From a virus (taxonomy: Duplodnaviria > Caudoviricetes): a DNA stretch of 64,000 bases. The stretch spans positions 1-64,000 of IMG/VR virus record IMGVR_UViG_3300009151_000001. One strand, written 5' to 3'. A program made the translations under genes and the position numbers. This document shows, in pieces, positions 39,301 through 50,500 of this stretch; positions within the stretch are counted from its first letter, which is position 1; every line of letters begins with the position of its first letter. The notes beneath the pieces are model-generated. The model worked only from the letters and a program-made list of their open reading frames with translations, ran no database searches and was not told the origin of the DNA.

Positions 39301-42300
39301 AAACGAAAATTTAATAATATACGCTAAAGCTGCTGCAGCAGCTATATCTGTTGTTAATGACAGAATACATCAAGAACATTTAACAGCGGTTAATAATACA
39401 ATAAACGCTGGTGAAGAAACTGAAACAGAAGAAGATGTTAAAACTATAGGTGATTACACTATAAAACAAAATCAAGATAAATCATTTAGTGTATTTGATT
39501 CTGAAGAAAAAGAAATAGCTAAAGACTTAGCTACACATGATGACGCGGAAGAACTTATTAATAGTATTGTTAAAGAAGCTAATAAACAACCACCAGAACA
39601 AAAACAAACTTCTACACAAGAGAAAACATTAGAAGAACAAAAAGCTGATATAAAAAGAAGACAACAAGAAGAATTAAATCAAACTCAAAAATTTACTATA
39701 AATAGGGCTAATAAAGATTTAGAATTAGCCCCTGAAATAGAACTTTCTGAGATTGATTTAGAAAAATCAGGTTTGGGGGATCTTCAAAAAGCAGAAGTAA
39801 AAAGAGTAAGAGTTTTAGAATACAGAGGTATAAATTCAGAAGGTAAAAGAGTTGGAACAGTTATAATACAAACTAATGATTCTATAGAAACTTTTGAAGT
39901 ATTTTTTAATGATGTTAAAATTAATTCTAAATATGAAGCTATATTAGCTAAATTAGAAAAACAAGAAAAACCTAAAAAACCAGAAGAACCAAAGGGTATT
40001 ATATATCTAGATCCAGAAAGTAATGAGTTTAAACAAGAATATAATAACGCTTTAGATAAACTAGCTAGTGTTGTAAATCAACCTAATGCTACACCATCTG
40101 CTATAAAAGCTGCGTTTGATGATTTGTTTAATAACACTCTTATTAATCTTGATCCTTCTTTAGCTGCTAGAGCAGCATATAAAGAAAAACTTAAAGAAGA
40201 GATGGATACTTTAATATCTGAAGCTAATCGTAAGATTAAAGCTAATAATGTAACCGGAGCCAAACAATCTATCTCAAACTCATTTAAAAACGAAGAGTCT
40301 TCTACATTAAATGATATAGCTAATGATTCAGAAAATATATTAGACGAACTTAATCCTGAACATAAAGAAGAAGTTATACAACACTTTGAAACAAACTTTT
40401 TACAAAGTATTGGTAAAAGAATATCTAATCTTTTATCTAAAGCTAGTGAACTAGCTGGTGGTGAGTTATTATCATTCTTTAAAAAAAGCGCTAATGAAGC
40501 AAAAGAAAGAGTAACTAAAAATCTTGATAAATATAAAGAAGAATCAAATAAGATCAAAGAATCTATTAATAAAAGTGGTATAAGAATTAGTAAGATTAAT
40601 ATTAATGAATTTTTTGATAATCCTGTTAATATGAGTATACAGGATGATGAAAAAAACAGAGATAAATCAGCAACACCTGGACAATTAATAGCTATTGACA
40701 ACTTAATAAATTCTGGTATATTAGAATCTAATGAAACAAACAAATCTCTTCAAGGAGCTAGTTATTATATTAACCAAGGTGTAGGAAGAATATACACAAT
40801 AGAAATTAATAAACTTGTAAATAGTTATTTTAAATTAAAAAATAGTAAAACAAGTAATACTACAGAAGTAAATAATGCGTTAACTAGTTTAAAAGCGTCT
40901 GTTAAATCATATCTTGAAAGTTTTTCTACTGATCCTAAAGAAGATGTTCAAGCTGCTTTTGACGCTATTGAAAAAGCTAATGATCCTGATGAATTATTAG
41001 GTATATACGATAATGAGGGAAACTCTAAACCATTACAAGTAGAAAAATCTAATCAAAAAGATTTATCAGATGAAGAGTATAAATTATTAAAAGAGTTTAG
41101 AACTTCTTTATATAATATGCAGTTTCAAGGTAACTTGATGAATGTTCATAATAATATAGAACAAGCTGAACAAAACGCTTTATCTAATAGTGAAAGATTA
41201 AGACCAGAAGACTTAGTAACATCTGATCTTATAAATTCTATTCCAAATTCTTTATTTAAAGACTCTAATACCAAAAATAGTTTAAAAAATTCTATCATTT
41301 CTTTATTAGATTCTATAAAAGATCTTAATGATAAAAAAGAAATCAGTTCATTAATAAATAAACTATCAATAAAAGAGTTTAAATCTGGAGTAAAAATAGA
41401 AGGTGAAGGTATAATTAAAAGTATATACGCAACTTATTTAAATACTCAAACAAGTATAAATGAGGAAGAACAAGTTGGTCCAGTGTTATCTAAAGAGGAA
41501 ATGTTAACAGCTTTAGAAAATAGTAAAACAACAATTCTTAATAAAGCTCAAATAAATCAAGTAGATGAGTTTGCTAAAACAGAACTATTAAACGCTTATA
41601 AAGCTAAACTTAACGCTGCTATTGGATATTCTACTAAAGATTCTACATATACTCCTGAAAAACTAGGTTTAAATGAAGAACCAGGTGAAACATTTTCAAC
41701 GTTAAGACAAAAGTTTGCTGGTGATATAAGAACAGCTGAGGATCTTAAAAAAGATCTTAATGCTCAGGGTGATCAAGTATCTACTAAGAATGCTTTAAAC
41801 TTTATTGTAAATAGTGATTTTGCTACAGATGCTGAGAAAGAATTAGCTAGAAGTCTAATGAACGCTATCTCTGAAGATAGCTTTATAACATTAGCTAATA
41901 ATTCTGATTTTAAAACACCCACAGCTGGTGATTTTGATCCTAACACTAATAGAATCAGAATCAATATGAACGCTGTAGAACATAAAGATGGATACACTTC
42001 TTCTCCTATAGAGACAGTTATATTACATGAGCTTATACATCAGTTAACTGAAACAGCTTTATCTGACCCTAATAGTGAATTTTATAAAGGAATATCATCT
42101 TTGATGGCTGTTGTTAAAAAACAAAAAGGAGCTGATACATTTTACGCGTTCCAATCTAAACTATCTAATGATGAACAACGTCATGAGTTTGTAGCGGAAG
42201 CTTTAACTAACCCTGCGTTTCAACATTTATTAGCTAGTACACAATATGCTAACAGTAAAACTAGTGTATGGGATAAACTATTGGATATTATTAATAGGGT

Positions 42301-44542
42301 GTTACAAGCTGTCGGTATTGATGTAAGAGCTACAGCTCTTTCAGAAGTATTAAACTTAACTGGTGATTTATTAAATCCAGTGGATCCGGGTAGTTTTGTA
42401 GAAGCACAAAGTATAACAAGAAGTATAACTGAAGCTAAAACATTAGATGAGTTAAAAGCTATCAGAGAAGACTTATTTAATAATAAAGATATAACTAAAA
42501 TAAGTGAAGCTACTTTTAATTCTATGATTAATCTCATCTCTGGTAAAGAGAAGAGTATAAATCAAATGAAGATAAGAGATCAATATGAAAAGACTCATAC
42601 AGCAATAAAAATAAATAATAAAATCTACCATTATAAGTTAAATGATAATGGTAGATTATCTATTGTGTCTTTATCATCTACTGGTGTTAATAATGTCAGA
42701 AGTCAGAAAGTAATTGATAGTATTATTAATAATATTCTATCTAAAAAAGATGGTGTTAAAACACTACTTTCTAAAAATACTATTAACGATATAACACAAG
42801 AACTAAATAATTTAAAAGATAAAAATAAAATAAATAATTTATTAAAACAAAGCCTTGGTGTAAAGATATCTGATGATATACAAACTAAAATAGAAAATAA
42901 GTTGTTTTCTCAAGATATTCCTGTAGACCAAGGTCTACCAGAAACAGAAGTGATTGAGAATGATGTTCCTGCTGGTGGAACAACTACCACTGGTTCTAAA
43001 TCTATAACAGAAGCTGAAATAAATAAAAGTACAGCACAAAATCTAAAAGGACTAAGATCTTTTAATAGTGATGGGTATATAGATAGAAATACAGGTGACT
43101 TTATAGAAAACCCATCTTTTACAAAGTATTATAGTAAAATAAGAAGTATTATAAACGCTTTGTCTATAAAAGATTTAAGTGAGCTCAAAGACTATCATGT
43201 TACAATAGATAAAGATAACGAACATATTCGTTGGGATGATTCTTTTGAAGATCCAGGAGTTAAAAATAATCTAGGAATAGTTGGTTTTATTTCTGATGAA
43301 AAAGGAAATCCTATTGTATTTAATCCAAAAGGTGAGAAAGTAGGTGTAACAGATAGAAACAATCTATCTGACTATAAAGGATTACGAAATGGTGAAAATC
43401 AAATAGTATATATATATACTATAAATGAGAATAAGAATAAAAATAAAGATAATATAAATCCTGAAGAAATAAAACTAATTAAAGCTGCTAAAGAAGAAGC
43501 TTTAAAAGGTAATCCTCAGATATCTAGGTTAACTAAGATTAATCAAGGTAGAGCTAATACAAAGTCTAACATTAATAAAACTAGTTCTCAACTTAAACAT
43601 ACAAATGAAAAAGACTTTGTAGATAAACTTAGTCAAGATAATGTTACATTCTCACTTGATTTAACACCATCCGATAAAGAAGCTGGTAAAACTGGGGGAA
43701 GCTTATTAGTTCACATTAATGATTCAAATGGATCTGTTCATACAGAAGCTTTACAAGCTCCTAAAGTGGGTCAAGTAAGTATATCAACAAAAGATGGTAC
43801 GTTTTCTTTATTTGAATATGCTATTGATCTTATGAAAACTTATAGAGGTATGAGTGAACACATGACTAAAGATGAATTATCATATACACAATCTAATTTG
43901 AAATATTTTTTACAACATGTGTTCTTTTCTAAAAAAATAAACATGGGTGGTGAGTTTAAAGTGATAGAATTAATTACTCCTGAGAATAAACAAAAAGGAA
44001 TAACAAAAAGTGTAGATTCATATTTTATGTTTAAAAAAGATAAAAACGGTAACTATCAAACTATAGATGAAACTAGTGAAGCTTATAAGAAAGTTAAAAA
44101 ATGGATTAATGACTCAAAGTTAAACGTAGATAAAGAATGGTTACAAGGTAGACCATTTATGTTTCCTATAGTTAAAACAGATGAGAATGGTAAAAAAATG
44201 ATTACCTTTGTAGAGAAGGATTATGTTAACTTCTTATTGAAAGAAGTTGGTTTTACTACATATATGAATGATGTACCAACAGTTGATAATGTTAAGTTTT
44301 ATAATTCTATAGTTGAGTTTGGTAAACCTGAAAATCTAAATAGTACTGTACAACCTACTAAGTTAACAGAACAAAATATTGTTAATAATCCTAATGCTGT
44401 AGAAAACGAAATAAAAGATACTATACAAAAAATTGATGCATCTGATATTGATTTAGATAGTCTTCCTAATTTAGGAAATGAAGAAAACTTTAGACTTGTT
44501 CCTGCAAATAACAAAAAAATATTCAATATAAACTGTAAATAA
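36347..44542 (+). CDS. Giant ejected virion protein with zincin-like metallopeptidase domain
   Basis: 2731 aa with ILHELIH (42026-42040) and downstream HEFVAEALTNP.FQ. It has Gly/Ala-rich hydrophobic N-terminal helices and an EG.E..QE motif. Confidence 0.75.
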   Translation: MPDTLNILPTPDTSAADLQLSEQRYNDMENRNIESQRNDISSMFHTDTPVSLVNGQTINDLINQIDAIQAKTKNLANNININLNTPKQQPVFDISKAASQILGSLNNNPETTFNKQKQLVSLGSGEDLDRYKQSDYYNVFGYNPYIGKEQEFRYGEAMTIGDVLKKAGGGAMNLALQTGWEGVKGTGRILDSLISLDLSKLHGSPEELYQMAEDQQKIFDKYAIYDTAESAQGGLFNRQFFGNMLQQAGFAIGAGAEMWLEGVITGGIADFFLAPEYGLLASKMVGRLGETDEAIRVAAGLTERTSTIDKANKTFNKIGKMFTADEAINDMRKMSQQVTEASGISKKIGEFGKSLVPLYGTAENLIKLNKAGAGGLQLAVEGIGGIHRALSEINMARSESIFESASTYKQLHDKLVKDYIDANGQAPQGAELERIKKLSENASSDNFWVNMGVLSVMNRMQFSNMFKTFDGSRSIFSEGVHSLEDQAFEVTGKIAGKTEKRAFVKSPYFGKLAAIGEIAQEFGGKTAAWEATKTVGGRMFKMEGLEGLQEMIQNASDKGLEDYYYDLYHSQKGYGTTYLGNVMSKYDKIQNGFVDQIPFIGKDGVEGLKTFVMGAYTGALLSPMYKIIGITNQRFQDRKQLKNDPTYKTAQQRAKESVDLVNAFYTGDKTAFKKEWIASVKVQNKAAETMEEAAKNHDKYVFYNAKDSAFNKMVEASIKLNMFDSVRDHIKEMGAALKDDEEFKQAYGMEATKQNRGNVKAFMDKVANDLEDYHSLRTQLIDKYADLVMPELYRNNGKEVYENMKIAQSAVFDAIDILTFNIQKSRQSVLRAESIRKDLASIKSIGASSNNILIKAGNPTSIKDSINILQDEIKGMTIPNTTLSGEQRTLLSKKQEELNLLRKWENVHYDVMTGEYDSYTPDILKKEAYGVFKDLTNFYNKQNKNLSTISTQDSENAFIGVLDHMKLNRDEKSYIDAVNLLADPRNENLIIYAKAAAAAISVVNDRIHQEHLTAVNNTINAGEETETEEDVKTIGDYTIKQNQDKSFSVFDSEEKEIAKDLATHDDAEELINSIVKEANKQPPEQKQTSTQEKTLEEQKADIKRRQQEELNQTQKFTINRANKDLELAPEIELSEIDLEKSGLGDLQKAEVKRVRVLEYRGINSEGKRVGTVIIQTNDSIETFEVFFNDVKINSKYEAILAKLEKQEKPKKPEEPKGIIYLDPESNEFKQEYNNALDKLASVVNQPNATPSAIKAAFDDLFNNTLINLDPSLAARAAYKEKLKEEMDTLISEANRKIKANNVTGAKQSISNSFKNEESSTLNDIANDSENILDELNPEHKEEVIQHFETNFLQSIGKRISNLLSKASELAGGELLSFFKKSANEAKERVTKNLDKYKEESNKIKESINKSGIRISKININEFFDNPVNMSIQDDEKNRDKSATPGQLIAIDNLINSGILESNETNKSLQGASYYINQGVGRIYTIEINKLVNSYFKLKNSKTSNTTEVNNALTSLKASVKSYLESFSTDPKEDVQAAFDAIEKANDPDELLGIYDNEGNSKPLQVEKSNQKDLSDEEYKLLKEFRTSLYNMQFQGNLMNVHNNIEQAEQNALSNSERLRPEDLVTSDLINSIPNSLFKDSNTKNSLKNSIISLLDSIKDLNDKKEISSLINKLSIKEFKSGVKIEGEGIIKSIYATYLNTQTSINEEEQVGPVLSKEEMLTALENSKTTILNKAQINQVDEFAKTELLNAYKAKLNAAIGYSTKDSTYTPEKLGLNEEPGETFSTLRQKFAGDIRTAEDLKKDLNAQGDQVSTKNALNFIVNSDFATDAEKELARSLMNAISEDSFITLANNSDFKTPTAGDFDPNTNRIRINMNAVEHKDGYTSSPIETVILHELIHQLTETALSDPNSEFYKGISSLMAVVKKQKGADTFYAFQSKLSNDEQRHEFVAEALTNPAFQHLLASTQYANSKTSVWDKLLDIINRVLQAVGIDVRATALSEVLNLTGDLLNPVDPGSFVEAQSITRSITEAKTLDELKAIREDLFNNKDITKISEATFNSMINLISGKEKSINQMKIRDQYEKTHTAIKINNKIYHYKLNDNGRLSIVSLSSTGVNNVRSQKVIDSIINNILSKKDGVKTLLSKNTINDITQELNNLKDKNKINNLLKQSLGVKISDDIQTKIENKLFSQDIPVDQGLPETEVIENDVPAGGTTTTGSKSITEAEINKSTAQNLKGLRSFNSDGYIDRNTGDFIENPSFTKYYSKIRSIINALSIKDLSELKDYHVTIDKDNEHIRWDDSFEDPGVKNNLGIVGFISDEKGNPIVFNPKGEKVGVTDRNNLSDYKGLRNGENQIVYIYTINENKNKNKDNINPEEIKLIKAAKEEALKGNPQISRLTKINQGRANTKSNINKTSSQLKHTNEKDFVDKLSQDNVTFSLDLTPSDKEAGKTGGSLLVHINDSNGSVHTEALQAPKVGQVSISTKDGTFSLFEYAIDLMKTYRGMSEHMTKDELSYTQSNLKYFLQHVFFSKKINMGGEFKVIELITPENKQKGITKSVDSYFMFKKDKNGNYQTIDETSEAYKKVKKWINDSKLNVDKEWLQGRPFMFPIVKTDENGKKMITFVEKDYVNFLLKEVGFTTYMNDVPTVDNVKFYNSIVEFGKPENLNSTVQPTKLTEQNIVNNPNAVENEIKDTIQKIDASDIDLDSLPNLGNEENFRLVPANNKKIFNINCK

Positions 44543-47500
44543 TGGCGTGTTCAGTTAATCTACAAAAAGACAAACTACCTAAAATAATAAACAAAGTTGA
44601 ATACTTCTTATTCCGCGCGATGGAAAAAGAACAACTTGATTTTGCTGAAGTTGCTACTAATAAAAGTAATAACAGAGATGTTATATCTAATGATGATGTA
44701 AAAGCTTTTATTGAAGCTTCTAAGAATGGTCAACCTAAAGAATTTAAAGGTAATGATCCATATCTTGATCCAGTAACTGGAGCTTATATTCCAACACCTG
44801 AAACAGCTAGATGGGTGTTAGCAGAAGATGGGTTTTATAATCTTGTAGATGGTGATAATATTCTTACAAAAGGTGTTGATTTAAAATCAGGTAATCAAGT
44901 AAGTAACGTTGTTCGTCTTTTAAATACAGTAAAAAATACTATGATACCTGAAGCTGTAAATAAATATACAGCTACAGCTAAAGCTTATGAGAATAGATCT
45001 AAAACAGATAAAGCTTTACCAACCGATCTTAAAAACGCAGAATTATATCAATCATTTGCTACTAATCTACAGTCGCTTATTCCTATGTGGAATCAAGTGG
45101 TAGCTAACTTTTCTAAATATAGTACACAGTTTAGTTTTAAAACTAAATTTACTTTAGATGAAGATGGGCTTGTTAATCTAGATGACGTGGCTGATGATGA
45201 TGACAAGATGTTAAAGAAGATGGTATTTGATCAACCATCTAATGAAATCAATCCTGTAGATGATATAGATAAAAGTATAGAACTATATCTAAGAAGTCTT
45301 CAAGAAGCACCTAATCAATATGATGAGTTTGGTCCAGGACTATCTGTAAATTATTCAACCCTTGTTCGTGGGTTACTTGCTGATTTACAAAATACAACAA
45401 GTATGGACGAAATCATAAGTATTCTTAATAAGAAAGCTGAACAAACTCCAGTATATAAAGATATAATAAAAAAACTTACACTTCCAGATAAAGAAACTAC
45501 AAAAGACCTGGATACATATATTAAGTTTAGGAACTCTTTTACTAAAACCTTTATTCCTTTAATGCTTGTGTCTTTAGAAAGTGATAACACTGTAAAAGTA
45601 ATTGAAGCAGCTACAGGTAAAAAAGGAACATTTGAAAGAGTTATAGGATCTAACTTTTCTCTTAAAGGTATGCCGTTTATTATGAACGCTACAAATGGTG
45701 AGGTTGTTAATATAGGTCATAGAAACGAAGATGATGAATGGGTATTAGATCATACTGATTTACCTAAATTAGAAAAACTTAATATATATAATGCCAAAGA
45801 TAAAGATGATACAGGATCTATAGATAGAAGAATAGAGTTTCTTAAAGCTATAGGATTTGAATTAACTCCATCTACAGAAAAACAATTAAGAAATAATCAA
45901 AGTATTGTAGGTGGAGGTAGATATAACGCTGTAAACGCAATGTTTGAACATCTTAAATATAGACTTGAACAAGGTGACGTTATAAAAAATGTTATAAATA
46001 GTTTAAAAAAAGATTATGTAGTTGATGGTGATATAAAAAGTAAAGGTCAAGATAGTTTTATTACTGATATTGTAAACGCTGAATTAAAAAATAATAGAGA
46101 CTATAATGTTGACTATAGTATGGTTAATGCATCTGGAGATAGACAATACTCTATACAGCTTCATAATAACTTTACTATTCTTAATAAGTTCTATTCTGAT
46201 GTAGAAATATATCCTAACTTAGATAGCATAAGACAAGAACCTTCAATGTTCTGGTTAGATCCTGAAAAGAATCCAGCTATAAAAAATGATCCTATATTAA
46301 ATAGTCTTTTTTATTTTAAACCAGGAGAAGACAATTACGGTGATCGTAAATATGTAATAAAAATTGTTAAAAAAGAAAATAATAAGTTTATCATAACTTA
46401 TGAGTTTACAAATGATAAAAATAAACAAGGAGCTTTACCAGTACAAATAACTTTTAACAATACTGGTGGTGTAAATACAAGATTTGATAATGAAAGATCT
46501 AAAGGATCTTCATCTACTTCTTTAAATGAAATAGATAAACTATTACAAGATATATATTCTTTTTATTCAAAAAAATATTCATATAATAGTGTATTAAGAT
46601 TAGGTGATAAATCAACTGATCTTGGCATGTCTGTAAATTATTACGCGCATCCTATTACCGGTAAACCAGTTGTTACTGAAAAAAATACTCTATCTAGTAA
46701 TCCTTTAGGTGGAGTGGATAATTATGCAACAGTATTTAAGTCTGATGTTTTTTTACAATATGTAATAAACGGTATACAAGATGTAATGAATATGAAACGT
46801 GCTGCTCAAGAAAATGATTTCTTAAGTAAGTATAAGGTTTCAGCTAAAAACATACTTAACTCTTGGAGTTATTTTGATAAGATATTATCTTCAGAAACTA
46901 AAGATAAGTTAAAAACTATAGATAGTGCTGCTGATGTTAAAGAATTAATAGCTAAAGATATTATAACATATTTTGAAGGTGAAAACGGTGTTGTAAAAGA
47001 TTTTCTTAATAGATTTAAGGATGCCAGAAAAATAAACACTATATGGAATAACACCTCAATTAGTTTTGATTCAGCTGTTCGCTATTATTTAGCTAATAGT
47101 TTTATTACTGATATGAGTCAAATGAGACTCTTTTTTGGTGATCCTATATTCTTTAAAGATTTTCATAAAAGAGCTTCTAAAGATTCAGCTACAGGTATAT
47201 TTACATTTATAGATGACGAGCTTATTAAAAGGTTTAATGATCGCTCTAATCCAAATGGTTATGGAGCTACAATGAATCTATCAGCTAGACGACTTGCGGA
47301 AAGAGTATATCAACAAAAGTTAGCTGAGTTAGAAAGTAAAAACTTAAAAGAAAGTCAAAAGAAAGCTTTTAGAGATAAATATAAAACTGAAAGAGATCAA
47401 GCTATAGCAAGACAAGATATAAGTAAATCTTTTAAATCAGCTACACTACAAGATATTGATTTTAATAGCTTACAAAGTGAAAAAATTATAGAAAATGTAG

Positions 47501-50500
47501 ATAATCTTATTAAAGCTGGTCATTTATCTGAAAAGATGAAAACTTTATATGAACAATCTTTAAAACGTGTTATCCAAGACGGATATAAAAAAGGTAATGA
47601 AGCTGATGGTCAAGGTAAATGTACTTTTGATTTCTATAAACTAATGAGTATACTTACAGGTCAATGGAGTGATGATCAAGAACGTGTTTACAAAAAGATT
47701 GTAGATTACGCTCACTTTAGTGAATTAGCTGAGAATGAAAAAGATAGTGAAAAACGTTTAGAGTATATCAAACAAAGAGACGCGGTTGGATACAATCCTT
47801 CTGAAGAAGTTTATTTTCCTCCTAAAAAGTTTCAATATTCCGGAACTGAAAATAATGAATATGGAATGTATGTTCCTATATTTGATAAATTTTCTCTTCA
47901 ACCATTGATTCCTACTAATATAAAAAGAACAGCTGATGAACACTTAGCTAAAAGAATGGAATATAATGGTATTGGGTATATCAAGTTTGAAAGTGGTACA
48001 AAAACTGAAGTAGTTAAAGATAAAGACAGCTATTATAGTGAATATGATAAAAACAATCCTTCAGAAAGATCTATACTTCCTTTTAGTCCTGAACAAAAGT
48101 TTAAATCAGAACAAGAACTATTCTTTAATAATTTTAAAGAACAGCTTACTATAGATGCATCTATTCACGATCACGCTGTATTTGGTTCACAGATAAGAAA
48201 GCTTATCTTAATGAACTTAGATAAAGAACAGTTTAAACAACACTACAATAACTATAATAAATTTATAGCGCATCTTACTGAGTTAGAAAAAACAAGTCTT
48301 TATAATGAGATGGGAATAAACCGTGTAGATGGTAGACTTCATATATCTGATATAAACAAACTTGTTGATTATTTCTTTAAAGAAATAGACAAGAAGAATC
48401 AAGATTCTAATGTTAGAAAAGCTTTAAAGTATGATGAACAAACTAAAAAGTTTGAGATTCCTTTAGATGGATCTGTACAAGCTCAAATACTGGAAGGTAT
48501 TGTTATATCTGCTATTAATAATAGAGCTGTTAGATACAAAACTAATGGATCTATGTTGACCCAGGTAGCTATCACCGGGTCCGAACAAACAAATAAGTTT
48601 GACAAAGCTTCTTCAGATAAAGCATATAAAACATTTGGTAATAAAGAACTTAACTATTACAGCGTTGATAAAGATTCAACTGGTAAATATATAGTTAAAC
48701 CAATGGAAGTTAAAATAGCTTTAACTGGTCAATGGTTAAATCTATTAAATTTAAGTCATTATGATGGATACAAAATAAATAGTATAGGTAGATTAAACGA
48801 TTGTTTAAAAAATGAAAGATGGTTTGAAGTTAATAAAAGAAGCTTAGAGCTGGTAGCTTATCGTATTCCTACACAAGGTAGAAATTTTATGGATGTGATG
48901 AGAGTAAAAGAATTTATCCCTGCTTCATTTGGTGACGCTATCATAATGCCTAGTGAGTGTGTCATTAAATCTGGATCTGACTTTGATATAGATAAGATGT
49001 TTGTATTCTATCCTAATCTTAATCAGAATGGTGAGGCGCCTAATAATTCTTATACGGATAATCAACTTAAAGATCCAAACAACTATAAAGCATTAAAAGC
49101 TAATATTCAAAATAAGCTTTATAACACAATGTCTGATATCATATTAGATCCGGCTAACTATTTAGAACTTGTTACACCATCTGATAACTTTCATATAATG
49201 CCTATTATAGATGATATATATAAGTTATTAGGTAAACCTGTAAATAATGAAGGAAAACATATTAAATCTGACTTTGTTAATACAGATATAGTTAATCGTA
49301 ATATAAACATAGATAAGTTTATAAGTTTATTAAAAGGTAAATCCGATCTTGGTATTGCTGCAATAGCTAATACGTTTAATGTATTATTTCAACATGGAAA
49401 AGCTACTGGTAATACTAAATTCTTTACTAGTAATAATATCATATCTTTCTTTAATATCAAAGATTCTTTAGAAAAGGAAGAACTTATTATAAAGAATATA
49501 GATTACTCAAGTCCATATGACGAAGAAGGTGTATTAAAAAGTGAATTCTTTTCTGAGTTTATCAACGCTTTTGTTGACGCGGCCAAAGATGACTATGTAT
49601 TTGCTGTAAACGTTGTAACAGAACTAAGTCCTATAATGTTCTATATGAAATATGCAGGTATGTCTTCTAAAAAGATATTAGGGTTTGTAAACCAACCAGC
49701 TATTCGTCAATATATTAAAACACTATCTACATATCAAAATAAATTTGTAAAAGGAGAACAAGCTTTTGATGATGGTGTTAAAACAATAGTTTTAAGAGAT
49801 ACATTAACTAAATTAGGATATGAATTTAGTCAATCAGATATAGATCCAGAAACTGGATTTAACAAATATGGAACAAGAAATGGTATACAAGAATATCTTT
49901 TTGCTAGTAATAAACCTATAAATATAAATGAACTAATATCATATTTTAATAATGATGATAAGTTATTTAGTCAAATAAAAGATCAAAATATAAACATCAA
50001 TAGTCTTACAGATGATGAAAAGAAAAGACAGATTGCTTTTTTATTAGAGTTACAAAACTTAAGACTTCAGTCTAATAGTATTTCTGAAGCGCAAAAAGTT
50101 TTAAAGTTTGATACGTCACCATTTAAAAATACATTTGACATCTACCAAAGAGAGCAGATGTATAATGATATGATGAGTGGAAACAATGTATTAAGTCCTG
50201 AGTCTATTAGTAATATATATCATGATAGTACTATTAGTCCATTAAACGTTTCAAAAGATATAAAAGCGTTATTATCGTCATTGTTTCCTATAAGAAATAA
50301 CGATGAGCTTAACAACTTTCTTCTTAATAAAGCTATAGCTTATAAAAACGAAATGAGTAAAAATGGAGGAACATTCGTAACTAATGATGATATAATGAAA
50401 ATATCTCGTGTAGCTAAAAATGATATGATGAACTATATCCTTCAGAACTTAATAAGTAAGTCTGAAAAAGGTGTAGCTTATTTTAAAGAAAGATATAATA

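Noticed and set aside
40078-40743. 221-aa minus-strand ORF and the other short antisense or alternate-frame ORFs in the track
   Set aside because: They lie wholly inside long genes, have Leu/Ser/Phe/Ile-rich shadow composition and show no motifs.
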